Shown piece by piece: positions 53,445-64,000 of a stretch of 64,000 nucleotides of DNA; within the stretch, counting starts at the first letter, position 1; each line of letters starts with the position of its first letter. The position numbers and the translations under genes are program-made. Below the pieces are notes generated by a model that was given only the letters and a program-made list of their open reading frames with translations, was not told where the DNA came from and searched no databases. The DNA is from Chiloscyllium plagiosum (Eukaryota): contig NC_057720.1 in NCBI RefSeq assembly GCF_004010195.1, positions 24,764,901 to 24,828,900 on the forward strand, written 5' to 3'.

Positions 53445-56400
53445 ATATCTAAAAGATGCACTATAACTATTCACCAAAGGCTCCTTAGACAGCAGTTTCC
53501 AAATCTGCAACCTCCACTAGCTAGAAGGACTGGTACTTAAGGTTCCCTCCAAGTCACACACCATCCTGACTGGAACTATATCGCTGTTCCTTCATGTCAC
53601 TGGGTCGTAATCCTGGAACCCCTTGCCTAACAGCAATTTGGGTGGATGTAGACTACACATTGAAGGCAATGATGAAGACAATTCACCACCACCTTCTCAA
53701 GGGAATCAAGGATGGACAATAACTGCTGGCCCTTCTCTCCTAGTTGCCCCATCCAGGCCTTGTGCCATTCCATTGCTCCTCACAATCTTCCTTCCTTGAG
53801 GAAATAAATGGGTTAATTTGCAAGCGCATAAAAAATTGTGATCACAAAGTGCCTTTTCTTCAGTATAAAATTGTCTGTCTCTATTTCTCAAACTGACTTT
53901 TCTACTTTCAGTCTCTCTTGTTGTTTCCTCATTTCTAAACCCCAGAATATTTCAGTACAAAAAAACTGTAGTACAAATCAAAAGGATCACTTCCATTAAA
54001 TGTTCTTTTCTTGGCTCAATGGTCGATACTGAGGATGTATAAATAACACTTTGTGATATTATTTTAATTTGACTTAAAGTTCCAGTTGTGGCACCGTTAT
54101 GAGCAACGAACATCTCTTGCTCATTGAAAAAATGCCTCAATTATTCTCACTGAAAAATTATTTATGAACCAAATTTACCTATTACAATTCAAAATAAAAT
54201 CAACTGATTTATTTGAAATCCTAGCAATATAAAACTATTACAGATTTTTTTTTCTATTTTTAAAACCAGTATTATCAATTACAGGGCAGCAGAGTGGCTC
54301 AGTGGTTAGCATTGCTACCTCACAGTGCCAGGGACCTGGATCTGATTCCACCCTTGGGTGACTGTCTGTGTGGAGTTTGCACATTCTCCCTGTGTCTGTG
54401 AGGGTTTCCTCACACAGTCCAAAGATGTGCGGGTTAAGTGGATTGGCCATGCAAAATTGTCGATAGTGTCCAGGGATATGCAGGCTGGGTGGGTTAGCCA
54501 TGAGAAATATAGGGTAAGGGGCAGTGGGTCGGGTGGGATACTCTTCAGAGGGTCAGTGTGGGCTTGATGGGCCAAATGGCTGGCTTCCACACTATAGATT
54601 CAATGAATTAGACATTGTTTTCTCAATAATTTACCAAGTTTATATTATTCAAATCACCTTATCAAGTTTAATTTGAAACTATTTCAGCAATATGTTGTTT
54701 TACTTTGTAGCCAGCATTTAAATGAATGTCACGAACAAAAAATAGCAAGTAACTGTAGATGGTGGAAATCAAAAACAAAAACAGGAATTGCTGGAAACAC
54801 TTAGCAGGTCTGGCAGCATCTGTGGAGAGAAATCAGAGTTAATGTTTTGGGTCCAATAACTATTCCTCAGAACTGATTGCAGCTAGAAAACGGAGCAGGA
54901 AAATCGACGTTTCGGGTAAAAGCCTGATGAAGGGCTTTTGCCTGAAACGTCGATTTTCCTATTCCTCGGATGCTGCCTGACCTGCTGTGCTTTTCCCGCA
55001 CCATTCTAATCTAGACTCTGATCTCCAGCATCTGCAGTCCTCACTTTTGCCCTGCAGCTAGAAAATGTTTAGTGCATATGCTAAAGGTAAGGTGGGGTAG
55101 CATTGGGGGGGAGTGGAGGAGTAAATTATAGGTGGAGATGGAGCGCACAGAAAGAGAACAACGGTTGGACAGACAAATGAATAGTACAGGTCTCCCTGGG
55201 AAAATCAATAGTTGCTAATGGGGACCATTAGTAGCTGACAATGTGATGGTGGTGATACCAGCCCACAGGATGACAAGGCCTGGTGTGTGGGGGTAGGGAC
55301 AAGAACATGGGAGAAGGTGCTCAGGCCTTAAAATTATTGAACTCAATATTGAGTCCTGAAGGCTGCAGGGTACCCAAGTGGAAAATGAGGTGCTGTTCTT
55401 CTAGCTTGTACTGACCTTCGTTGGAGCACTGCAGCAAGCCTGAGACAGAGGTATTGGCCAGGGACAGGGTGGTGTGAAGTGGCAGGCATCCAGAAGATCA
55501 GGGTCAGTTTTGCAGTCAGAGCATGGCTGTTCTGCACTCTGGTTAGAGACCACATTATAAGCAGTGAATATAACTGACTGAATAGAGAGTAGTTAGATTG
55601 AGAGAAGTGCAGGTAAAACACTGTTTCACCTGGAAGATGTGTCTGAGATGTTGGATAGCGATAAGGGAGGGAATAAACTGGCAGGTTTCACACCTTCTGC
55701 ATTTGCCTGGGAAGACACCATGGGGCCACATCATAAGGTCCCCTTGGTCCTCACCTACCAGTCCACCAGCCTCCAACATGATGCTACTACCGTACACATA
55801 TTCTCCTCCCTTCCCTTGTCAGCTTTCTAGAGTGACTGTTCCCTCTGGGATACCTTCGACCACCTCCTCACACTCCCACAACTTTGTACTGGATTGTAGT
55901 ATCAGGGTGGACCTTTTGCATTCAAGTCTCTATAGTGAGATTTAACCTTAAAACCTCTGAGTCTCTACATTGGGATTTAAATCACCTTCTGAGTCTGTGT
56001 AGTTTGACTCTGATGTGTGAGTACTGCCAACAAAGCCATTATTTGAAGAATTCCATCATTAAAGCCAAAATGCCAGTTGTATCTAACTACAGTTTTTTCT
56101 AAAATTAACCAACTGAACTGAATATTTGAGCTATTTGGCACAAAAAGCTATGGATTTTATACACAATATAAATGACCAAAAGAATCCATCTGTCTAGCCC
56201 CACTAATACAATATACAGTCAGAGGGAGGTCATCCTTTTGGCAAATTCTGGGCAATAATTTGCCTGATGGAAAACAAGGTACAGATGGAGAGGGCTGGGT
56301 TCTCAAGATTTTAGCATGTCAAATGAATCAGGAAGAATGGACCAACAGTTACTACATGAGCAGGTCAGTTCTTGCTAATCTGAATAATGACACCAAGCTG

Positions 56401-57333
56401 AGCCCCCAAACCAAAAGAAAGAATGAGATATTTTCCTGAACCAAATTATTGCATAATGAGTTTAAAGCAGTGCTTCCAAGCATAGACCAATCAGGTAAGT
56501 TCTTGCTCTGTAGCCACAACAAAGTTCTGATTGTTCTTGCCAATGCAAGAAGAGAAATTCTGTGACCATGAACAAATAGAGGAAGAGGGAGAAAGAGGTA
56601 GTCAGAGGAATGGAAAGCCAGCATACACAGGCTGAATCTGAAAGGATACTTTGGCCAAATTTTTACGTAAAATGAGAGTTGTAGCCCATACAAGACACAC
56701 CGTATTGGCCTTTTTTGTTCTCTACTTACTTTGCATTGACACAAATCAAAAGGAGGAAGAGACAATGGAATACAGCGATATTCCAATCACAAGGGAATTG
56801 GTACTGAGCAACCTGATGGAGTTTCTGGCTGACAAGTCTCCTGATCCAGACGGACTTCAGCCTAAACTCTTAAAAGTTGGCTAATGACATATTACTGAAC
56901 AAAGGTTCAGTGGGCAGGGGTGTTAATGAATATTCATGATGTGCTAATGAATGCAAAACAGGTCAGAACAAACCAACCCATCTGAAAAGTTCTGAGAAGT
57001 TAAGAAAAAAAGTTTCATATACCATCAGAATTTTCTCCCTGCTGCTCAATTAAGCCCCAGCTCACCCTTCTTTAGTGCTGGGTGAGTCTGGAGAATTACT
57101 CTTGTGTTTCAAAAGTAGCTCCCTTCCTTAGCATCCTTTTCCTCATTTACACATCAGAACTCTCTTTACAAAAAATGTCAGTTACATGAGCTATTAGGCT
57201 CAGGTTGTCAATCAGCTAGCATTGGGAGCACAAAGCACTACATTGATTCTGGTATATACACATTGCTCTGCTGCAAGAATTCTAATTCTCTGGTGTATGG
57301 TCCCCTTTTTTCTAGGAACTCTAATTGGAAAGT

Positions 57334-57512
57334 CAAGTGGAGTAAGCTATCACAGGCAGATAAAGAGTGAAGTCTTAGATTTTTTGGTTGCGCTATGCTG
57401 TTGGAGGATCAGTGTTGGTTCAGTTGATCCAGATTTGGTGTGGTTTTAGCGAGGGTGTGGACCCACACTGTACTGCAGACCTGCTTCATGGTTTGTTGGT
57501 TTCCTGAGGATG
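57334..57512 (+). promoter_or_regulatory. Putative mpl promoter: E-box 57334, paired GATA sites (57347-57352, 57358-57363), RUNX TGTGGTT (57439-57445), KLF GGGTGTGG (57453-57460), ETS cores (57500-57512)
   Basis: Motif cluster 70-250 bp upstream of the putative ATG; GATA/ETS/RUNX are the known regulators of megakaryocytic promoters including MPL. Confidence 0.5.
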
Positions 57513-57583
57513 CGCCTGTTCCCTCTTCAACTTGCGACCTCCTTCTATTCTGAGTCAATCCAACAGCAAGAGCAAGGAGAGGA

Positions 57584-57704
57584 ATGCCTTTACTGTTGCA
57601 GAGAAGTAAATGTTGCTGTGCACTGTGGCTTCTATTTGTGGGGTGCATATATTTGAATATCATCTCTGTGTCAGGTTTGGAGAGTTGGACTTTTCTCCAG
57701 GAAG
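57584..57704 (+). CDS. mpl: Putative Mpl exon 1, signal peptide (MPLLLQRSKCCCALWLLFVGCIYLNIISVSGLESWTFLQE)
   Basis: ATG, basic n-region, hydrophobic core, VSG-type cleavage motif, strong AAG|gtaagc donor in phase 1 matching exon 61262; haematopoietic TF motifs upstream. Confidence 0.72.
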
Positions 57705-60185
57705 GTAAGCTCAATGTCAAACCTTTTTAAATGTGTAAACGCACATACAGAATGGTAAGAAACTGCCAACTTAACACCAGTTAAAAACATTTAGCCCTAA
57801 AGAACCAACCAAAACACTGAAAATAGCTATATTTATTATTTGTGTTTAACAGTGTATTTGGGAGAAATAGCTTAAGCCATATCAGGTTGTATTTGCTTCT
57901 TAAATTAGTTGCCAAAACATTCATTCTTTTGTATTTAACAAAAGCATACTTTAAAATGTAGTCAGAATAGGTTTTTCTGTGAAAATATTATTGTTGTTGC
58001 ATTAAAGGGATGGAAGTAGTTGGGTAGGAATGCGTGGTGTTGGGTGGTTCATAAAGCAGTAAATAAATAGGTTAGGTCAATGGGCAAGAAAGTGGCAGAT
58101 GGGGTGTAACGTGAAGTTATTTGCTCACAATAGTGATACAGAAGTTTTTTACAAAGACACAAATCTTGTAAATGCAAGCATTCAGAGGGATTTCGTACAG
58201 GGAACACAGAAAGTTAATATGCAACTACAACAAGAAATTAGGAAGGTAAATATTGGCCCTTACTGCAATGAGTACAAGAATAAAGAAGCCTTGTCGCAAT
58301 TGTACAAATTTAGTGAAACAGACCTAAAATACTATGCACAGTTTTCATCACCATGTACAGGAGAGGATATACTTACATTGAAGACAGCCCAGTGAAGTTC
58401 ACCAGATTGGTTCCTGCGATGAGAGGATTGTGTTGTAATGAGCAAATTGGTTCTATGTATTTTGGAGATGAGAAGGGTTCTTACATAGTACAAGACTTTG
58501 AAAGAGATAGACAGAGTAGACACTGTGTTCCCTGGCTGGAGAGTCTCAAACATGGGTCAATTATCTGGAACTGAGATGATGGAAATTTAATCGCTCAAAG
58601 TGTTATAATATTTTGGAATAGTCTACCCAAGAAGGTTACAAATGCTCCACTGTTGAATATCTCCAAAGCTGAATTTGGTAGACATGTTGTCTCTCAAGCA
58701 ATCGAGCAATTTGTAGAGTTAGAGAAAGTGATGATTGCAGATCGCTGGAGATCAGAGTCAAGAGAGTGGTGCTGGAAAAGCACAGGTGTTCAGGAATCTT
58801 CCGAGGAGCAGGAGGATTGACATTTCAGGCATAAGCCCTTCCTTGGGATTCTTGATGAAGGTCTTATGCTCAAAACATTCGATTCTCCTGCTCCTCGGAT
58901 GCTGCCTGACCTACTGTGCTTTTCTCGCACCACACTCTCGGATATGTGGAGTTGGCAGGAAATTAGCGTAGTGGCGTTGCTTCCGTTTTTGTAAATAAAA
59001 TGTAAAGATGTAGCATGGTGAAAGAATTATGTTCTATGATGTCTGTTAAAATGAATATTCATTTTTCCATTTGGCAGATTATTGTGAAAACTTTTCACAG
59101 TTTCCATTCTTTTCTACCATCTTGGTATACTTAGGAAGTAATGGTTTTGGAATTATTTTATATACAATTTAAAATTAGTGAAGACCTTACTAATATCATT
59201 CAGTAAGAATAATTCACATTGTCAGGACTACTCGTGACTCTAGCATGCATTAATATTTCAAGAAAATGCAGATTGAGTTGAATACATCCAAGTAGAAAGA
59301 TATACTCAGGCAATATATAATCTATTGAAGATGAACAGTCAAAGCAGTGGATAACAGTCAGCCTGGGAGAATGAATAGTTGCTAATGAGCACCAATACTG
59401 ACTAAGAATGGGTAATAATCCCAAAATCATTACTTTCTAAGAATACCAAGAAAGTATGAAAAAATGGTAAATTTGAAAAGCTTTCACAATAATCTGTCAA
59501 GTGGAGAAATGAATATTCATTTTAACAGTCTTCCTTCCTCTGGAATATAGCTGTCTCACCATGCTGTATCATTGCATTTTGTCCCAAAGGCAAAAGCAAT
59601 GCCACTACTTCAATCATAATAAAATGCTAATGGCATGGATTTCCTCAGGGATTTCCTGATCAGCAATGGCATCTCTAGCACAATATCAATTTACATCCTA
59701 ATCAAGAGTGCCCACGAAAATTCCCCCAAAGTTCGGGCAGCCCAGAGGAGAAACCTTTAACATGTTTTTGTATTATAATGAGAGGGATTGTATTTTTTTT
59801 TACTGAACTCACTAACAAGAAACCAATGATATTGGGTTTTGGACCCCTTTTGATGAAGTATGAAAAAGAATAAGGTGCAAATCCAGTGTTGTCCTCAATT
59901 CCCTTGTTTCCCTGACCGGAGAATTGTTATAAATACCACCTTATATAAAAAAAAACAAGAGTTTCGATGAAACAAATGTCGTCTTTCTTATCTGAGACAT
60001 TTCCTATGTCCCTTGTTTCAACAAAGGAAGGAGGGTGCATTGTCTTCCTTTAGTCCCATAACTCTACTGGTTACAACATAAATGTAAATGTTTTACCCAA
60101 TTTCCAATAGGATCAATTGTATTCTTTATCTTTATTAGATTTATGATGGAAAGATCTGTTAACCAGTTTCTCTAATAACCAAGAC

Positions 60186-60234
60186 ATTTATTAACATGTT
60201 GCAGAAGCAGGACTTCTGCAACATGTTAATAAAT
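60186..60234. repeat. Perfect 22-bp inverted repeat with 5-nt loop
   Basis: ATTTATTAACATGTTGCAGAAG-CAGGA-CTTCTGCAACATGTTAATAAAT. Confidence 0.92.
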
Positions 60235-61261
60235 CTGAATCAAACTCAGAGAATACCAGAGAAACTCAGCAGGTCTGGCAGCATCTATGGAGAGAGAAAC
60301 AGAGATAATGTTTCAAATCCAGTATGCCTCTTCTTTATCATCAGTGTGATTAACATTCAGTTTTAAATAGGAAGATATAAATATTTAATCTCCTATCTAA
60401 ACCCCAACATATATGTGTGCTTACTAATTAAAAGGAAAGAACTTTCTCTGCAGAGGTTGAGTTTGGAAAGAAACTCTTGCCCAACAACTATTAATTGTAC
60501 AAGAAAAAAAAAGGATAAGCATTGAAATGTTGAAGATGGCTTTCAGTTGGCATCCTAGCACCTAAAGACAGCAGTATTGTTTAGAACTTTTTGGATATAG
60601 TACATTCAGGAATCATGAATTCAGAGGCTTTTAAGCAGAAAGCTGCATCAGCTTTGCAGGTCTCATACTGAACCCTGAAAGGGTTTCCTCAGGGAGGCAG
60701 AGGTTGAGTTGTTTAGCGTTGCTCTTTCAGTAAGCTTTGACCTACCTGAACTTCCAAAACAAATTAAAATAAAGCATTAAGCTCAGACGTTAGATTTTGA
60801 ATAAATCCTGCAGTTAACTGAAAACATTTGACTTTAGTAAATTCAACAATTCAAATTCAAAGCTATTTAATTAGCTTAAACCCTGTGATTTCTAATAAGT
60901 GGTTTCAAAACAAAAGTGGCCCACTGCCCTTTCTATGACCTGTTAAAATGAACCATGTTCTGCTATCCTCTCAGCCTTTTCAAATTAACAATTGACCATA
61001 AACCTTTGAACATGAATCCTCAAAATATATGCTGAAAACAACAAATACTGGAGATCAAGTTTGCTTTCTCTCCCTGGATGCTACTTGGCCTGCGGTGATC
61101 TCTAGCACTGACAGTTTTCTGTACAGATTCCAGCATCTGCAGTAATCTATTCCTCAAAATTAGTTATGCAACATCTTCATAATATCCAAACACTGAATGA
61201 GGTTATATGCAGATAAATATGTAATAAAATTAAAGACTGATGATTTATTTATTGCCTACAG

Positions 61262-61388
61262 GTACTACATCATTAATCTCACAAGCTGAAGAGCTGAAAT
61301 GCTTTACTCAGATGTTAGATGACCTGACCTGTTTCTGGGATGACAGCATGGAGACAAATTCCACTTACAATTTCTTCTATAGCACTGA
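61262..61388 (+). CDS. mpl: Mpl (thrombopoietin receptor) exon 2 (GTTSLISQAEELKCFTQMLDDLTCFWDDSMETNSTYNFFYST)
   Basis: ctacag| and GA|gtatgt; LKCF...DLTCFWD class I cytokine receptor motif as in MPL/EPOR; position downstream of tie1. Confidence 0.88.
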
Positions 61389-62614
61389 GTATGTCATTAT
61401 TCTGTCACATTGGTATGCAGAGTGTTATTGAGGAAACTGCTTTCATTTTATTTTTCTAATCAACCTGTGCATAGACGTTATTATAAACCTCTGCAGCAAG
61501 TGGGACTCAAACCTAGGACTCTTGGTTTAGGGGTAGGGACTCTACCTCTGTACCCTAAGAGGGCCCCTCTTGGAAGTTGCTTTGTTGCTAATTGATTTAC
61601 TAAATTGAGGCCACAACTGATCAGTGAGGGTTTCTGTTTATATAGTGTTGCAATTAACAGGCCATATTACAGCACCCTATCTGTTGATTGATAATGACAG
61701 CATTGCCAGTATACATGAACGGTGGCATCTTACTAGGTACACCCAATCAGACTTTGCCAGTAAATTATCATAATTGGCAAAAACTCTATCACGCAGTACC
61801 ACATACAATCTGATTGGGAAGCTTCAGAGGAATTATCCAGTATAACATCTGGACAGACCTTTACATGTATTTATATCATAACAAGCTCGATACCTTCAGA
61901 GCAGCATGCAACAATGCCCTGTTCAACTAGATTCTTAGATGCAAATATAAAATACTGTGTATAGTGGGCCAGAGCCTATGTGGGAGTTTGATTAAGTTCA
62001 GATTAGATTTCTGTCATAATTTTGTCTGTTCCACTGTATTGTTAAATTTCTTAAGTATTATCAATCACCGACTGTACCCAACATGCCATGCTTACAGACA
62101 ATGTCCAACATTAAATGTGATTCCACAATTGGATGCCACTTGCTAAATAATTATGAATGTGCTGAGGATTACACTGACAACCAAGTTAAGATTATTGGTT
62201 ACAGTGGTGCATACTGGAAGCTATATATATTAATACACGGGACGTTGTTCTGTGCAAACAAAAAGGATATGTACACACCCTGTTCCTGTTTTATCTGACC
62301 AAAATGGGCAGCAGTCACTTACTAATTCATTCTTTATTTCAATGCCTTTATATCAGAGTCCACCCATCTGGTATGAATTTAAACAAAGTATGACAGTTAA
62401 CTGTCAGTCACCATTTATCTAATACAATCCACATGGCAATGTCTATACCAATCAGAGGCCATTTGCAAATAAATCAGCATACTTTTCTCATACAGTATAA
62501 ATGTTGTTCTCTTTATATTGGGATTCTTATGAATGTGTTGATGAATTCAAGAATGAAACGTTTCAATAAAATATGTTCTTTCTCAACAATGATTGAGATT
62601 TTTGTTATGCATTG

Positions 62615-62906
62615 GGGCAGCATGGTGGCTCACTGCTGCCTCATAGCGCCAGAGTCCTAGGTTCGATTCCAGCCTTGGGTGACTGTCTGTGTGGACTTTG
62701 CACATTCTCCCCATGTCTGCGTGGGTTTCCTCCGGGTGCTTCAATTTCCTCCCACATTCCAAAGATGTGCAGGGCAGGTGAATTGGCCATGCTAAATTGT
62801 CCAAACTTGTTAGGTATATTAGTCAGGGGGGGGTAGGTTACTCTCTGGAGGGTCAGTGTGGATTTGTTGGGCTGAAGGGCCTGTTTCCACACTGTAGGGA
62901 ATCTAA
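62615..62906 (+). mobile_element. HE1/V-SINE-like SINE
   Basis: Family motifs. Confidence 0.85.
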
Positions 62907-63521
62907 TAAACTAGAGTCAATTTTCTAACAACTGTCATTATAAGAAAAAAAATCAGATAGAGAGATTGAAAATGAGCTTCAGTGGAATGAAGGTCCTCAT
63001 GCCTGAGGGTCCTCTCAAGCCTGGTTTAAATAATATAACACAGTGGTTCCTTTTTTTAGATTACAGCAATATTTTAGGCTATATTTAGGAGCATGATAGC
63101 AAAACGTCTAGCCACATGCAGGAGCTAAACAATAAGGTAAGACAATTAGTTCTCTGAAAAATTCATCTCAATATTTTGCTGGTGTATTCCAATTGGATCA
63201 TTTTGATTTTGTGTGATGCACTGAAATTAACGACAACTTTAATAGAAATGAATAACATGAGAGATGTGAAATGGGCAGATGATGTATTAGTAACCCCCAC
63301 AGTGTGGCACCAAGTGTATCTGAGCACTGACAGCAGCATATTTAAGTACAGTACACAGAAAGCTATCAAAGGTGATGACAGTTCTCCTCACTGTACAAAA
63401 GGGTCAGTGTCATAAGTTGAGCACAGCTGGTTTCCTTCATTTGCTCAAGGCAAAATTTTAACCTTGCTGTACATTGATAAAACTCTCAAGATTCCATGTG
63501 ACCTGTCTTCTTCCTTTATAG

Positions 63522-63700
63522 CCAAAGCAGCCAGAAACCGTGTCACACAACCTCATACATGGTTCTTAGGAATACAACGCGATATGTTTGTGTTATCCCA
63601 GCAGAGGACATTCTGCTCTTTCAACCATTTGACATTGAACTAAGTGAATCATTTTCCAATGTGTCGAAAATCAGACAACTTGTATCAATTGAATCAGTTG
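63522..63700 (+). CDS. mpl: Mpl exon 3 (DQSSQKPCHTTSYMVLRNTTRYVCVIPAEDILLFQPFDIELSESFSNVSKIRQLVSIESV)
   Basis: tttatag| and G|gtgagt; 179 bp, phase 2 start matches exon 2; TRYVC motif as in MPL. Confidence 0.88.
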
Positions 63701-64000
63701 GTGAGTGATGGTCTTTTTCTTCCTCTTCTTTCACTCAGTGAATACAGTCTGACACTACTGCAAATATTTTGTCAGATATTGCATTATCTCTGACAACAAG
63801 AAATTGGAACACTAAACATTTGATGTCTTATCATGAGCACCAGACAATTAATCTAAAGACCCAGGTAATGTTCTCGGGACTCAGCTTCAAATCTCACCAT
63901 GGCAGATGGTGGAATTTGAATTCAGTTAAAATCTGGAATTAAGAGTCTAATGATGACCATGAATCCATTGTCATTGTTGGGACAAACCCACTTGGTTCAT

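Larger units (their letters stand above)
46969..59662. repeat. Giant near-perfect inverted repeat, arms 46969-53309 and 53322-59662, 12-nt spacer
   Basis: Position i pairs with 106631-i throughout; ORFs are mirrored (e.g. 52491..52679+ / 53952..54140-, 48911..49222+ / 57409..57720-); pairing stops at 46968/59663. Confidence 0.98.

Noticed and set aside
47201..59430. Mirrored ORF pairs as duplicated protein-coding genes
   Set aside because: They are short, have no recognisable host domains, and many lie in repeats. They are by-products of the palindrome; only the signal-peptide exon is credible.
61262..63700. EPOR or another class I cytokine receptor
   Set aside because: The TRYVC motif, exon phases and position directly after tie1 favour mpl, although only the first exons are visible.

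Overview
Eukaryotic genomic DNA, most likely from a shark or other cartilaginous fish, judging from the HE1/V-SINE-like, CR1 and Penelope-like repeats. The + strand carries the last 18 coding exons of the receptor tyrosine kinase gene tie1 (2313-45656), covering the third EGF repeat, Ig domain, FNIII domains, transmembrane segment, kinase and C-terminus. All have GT-AG junctions and consistent phases. Downstream are the first three exons of the thrombopoietin receptor gene mpl (57584-63700), the same TIE1-MPL order as in mammals. Three things stand out. (1) This Tie1 has four FNIII domains rather than three, and the extra membrane-proximal one resembles the third FNIII of TIE2/TEK. (2) A 12.7-kb near-perfect palindrome (46969-59662, 12-nt spacer) lies between tie1 and mpl exon 2. 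It is centred on a small palindromic retro-element and duplicates the putative mpl promoter and exon 1 so that one copy points antisense into the tie1 3' end. (3) A family of short fold-back, Penelope-derived insertions, several with target-site duplications, carries minimal hammerhead-ribozyme cores. Comparisons to human proteins are from memory and were not computed.
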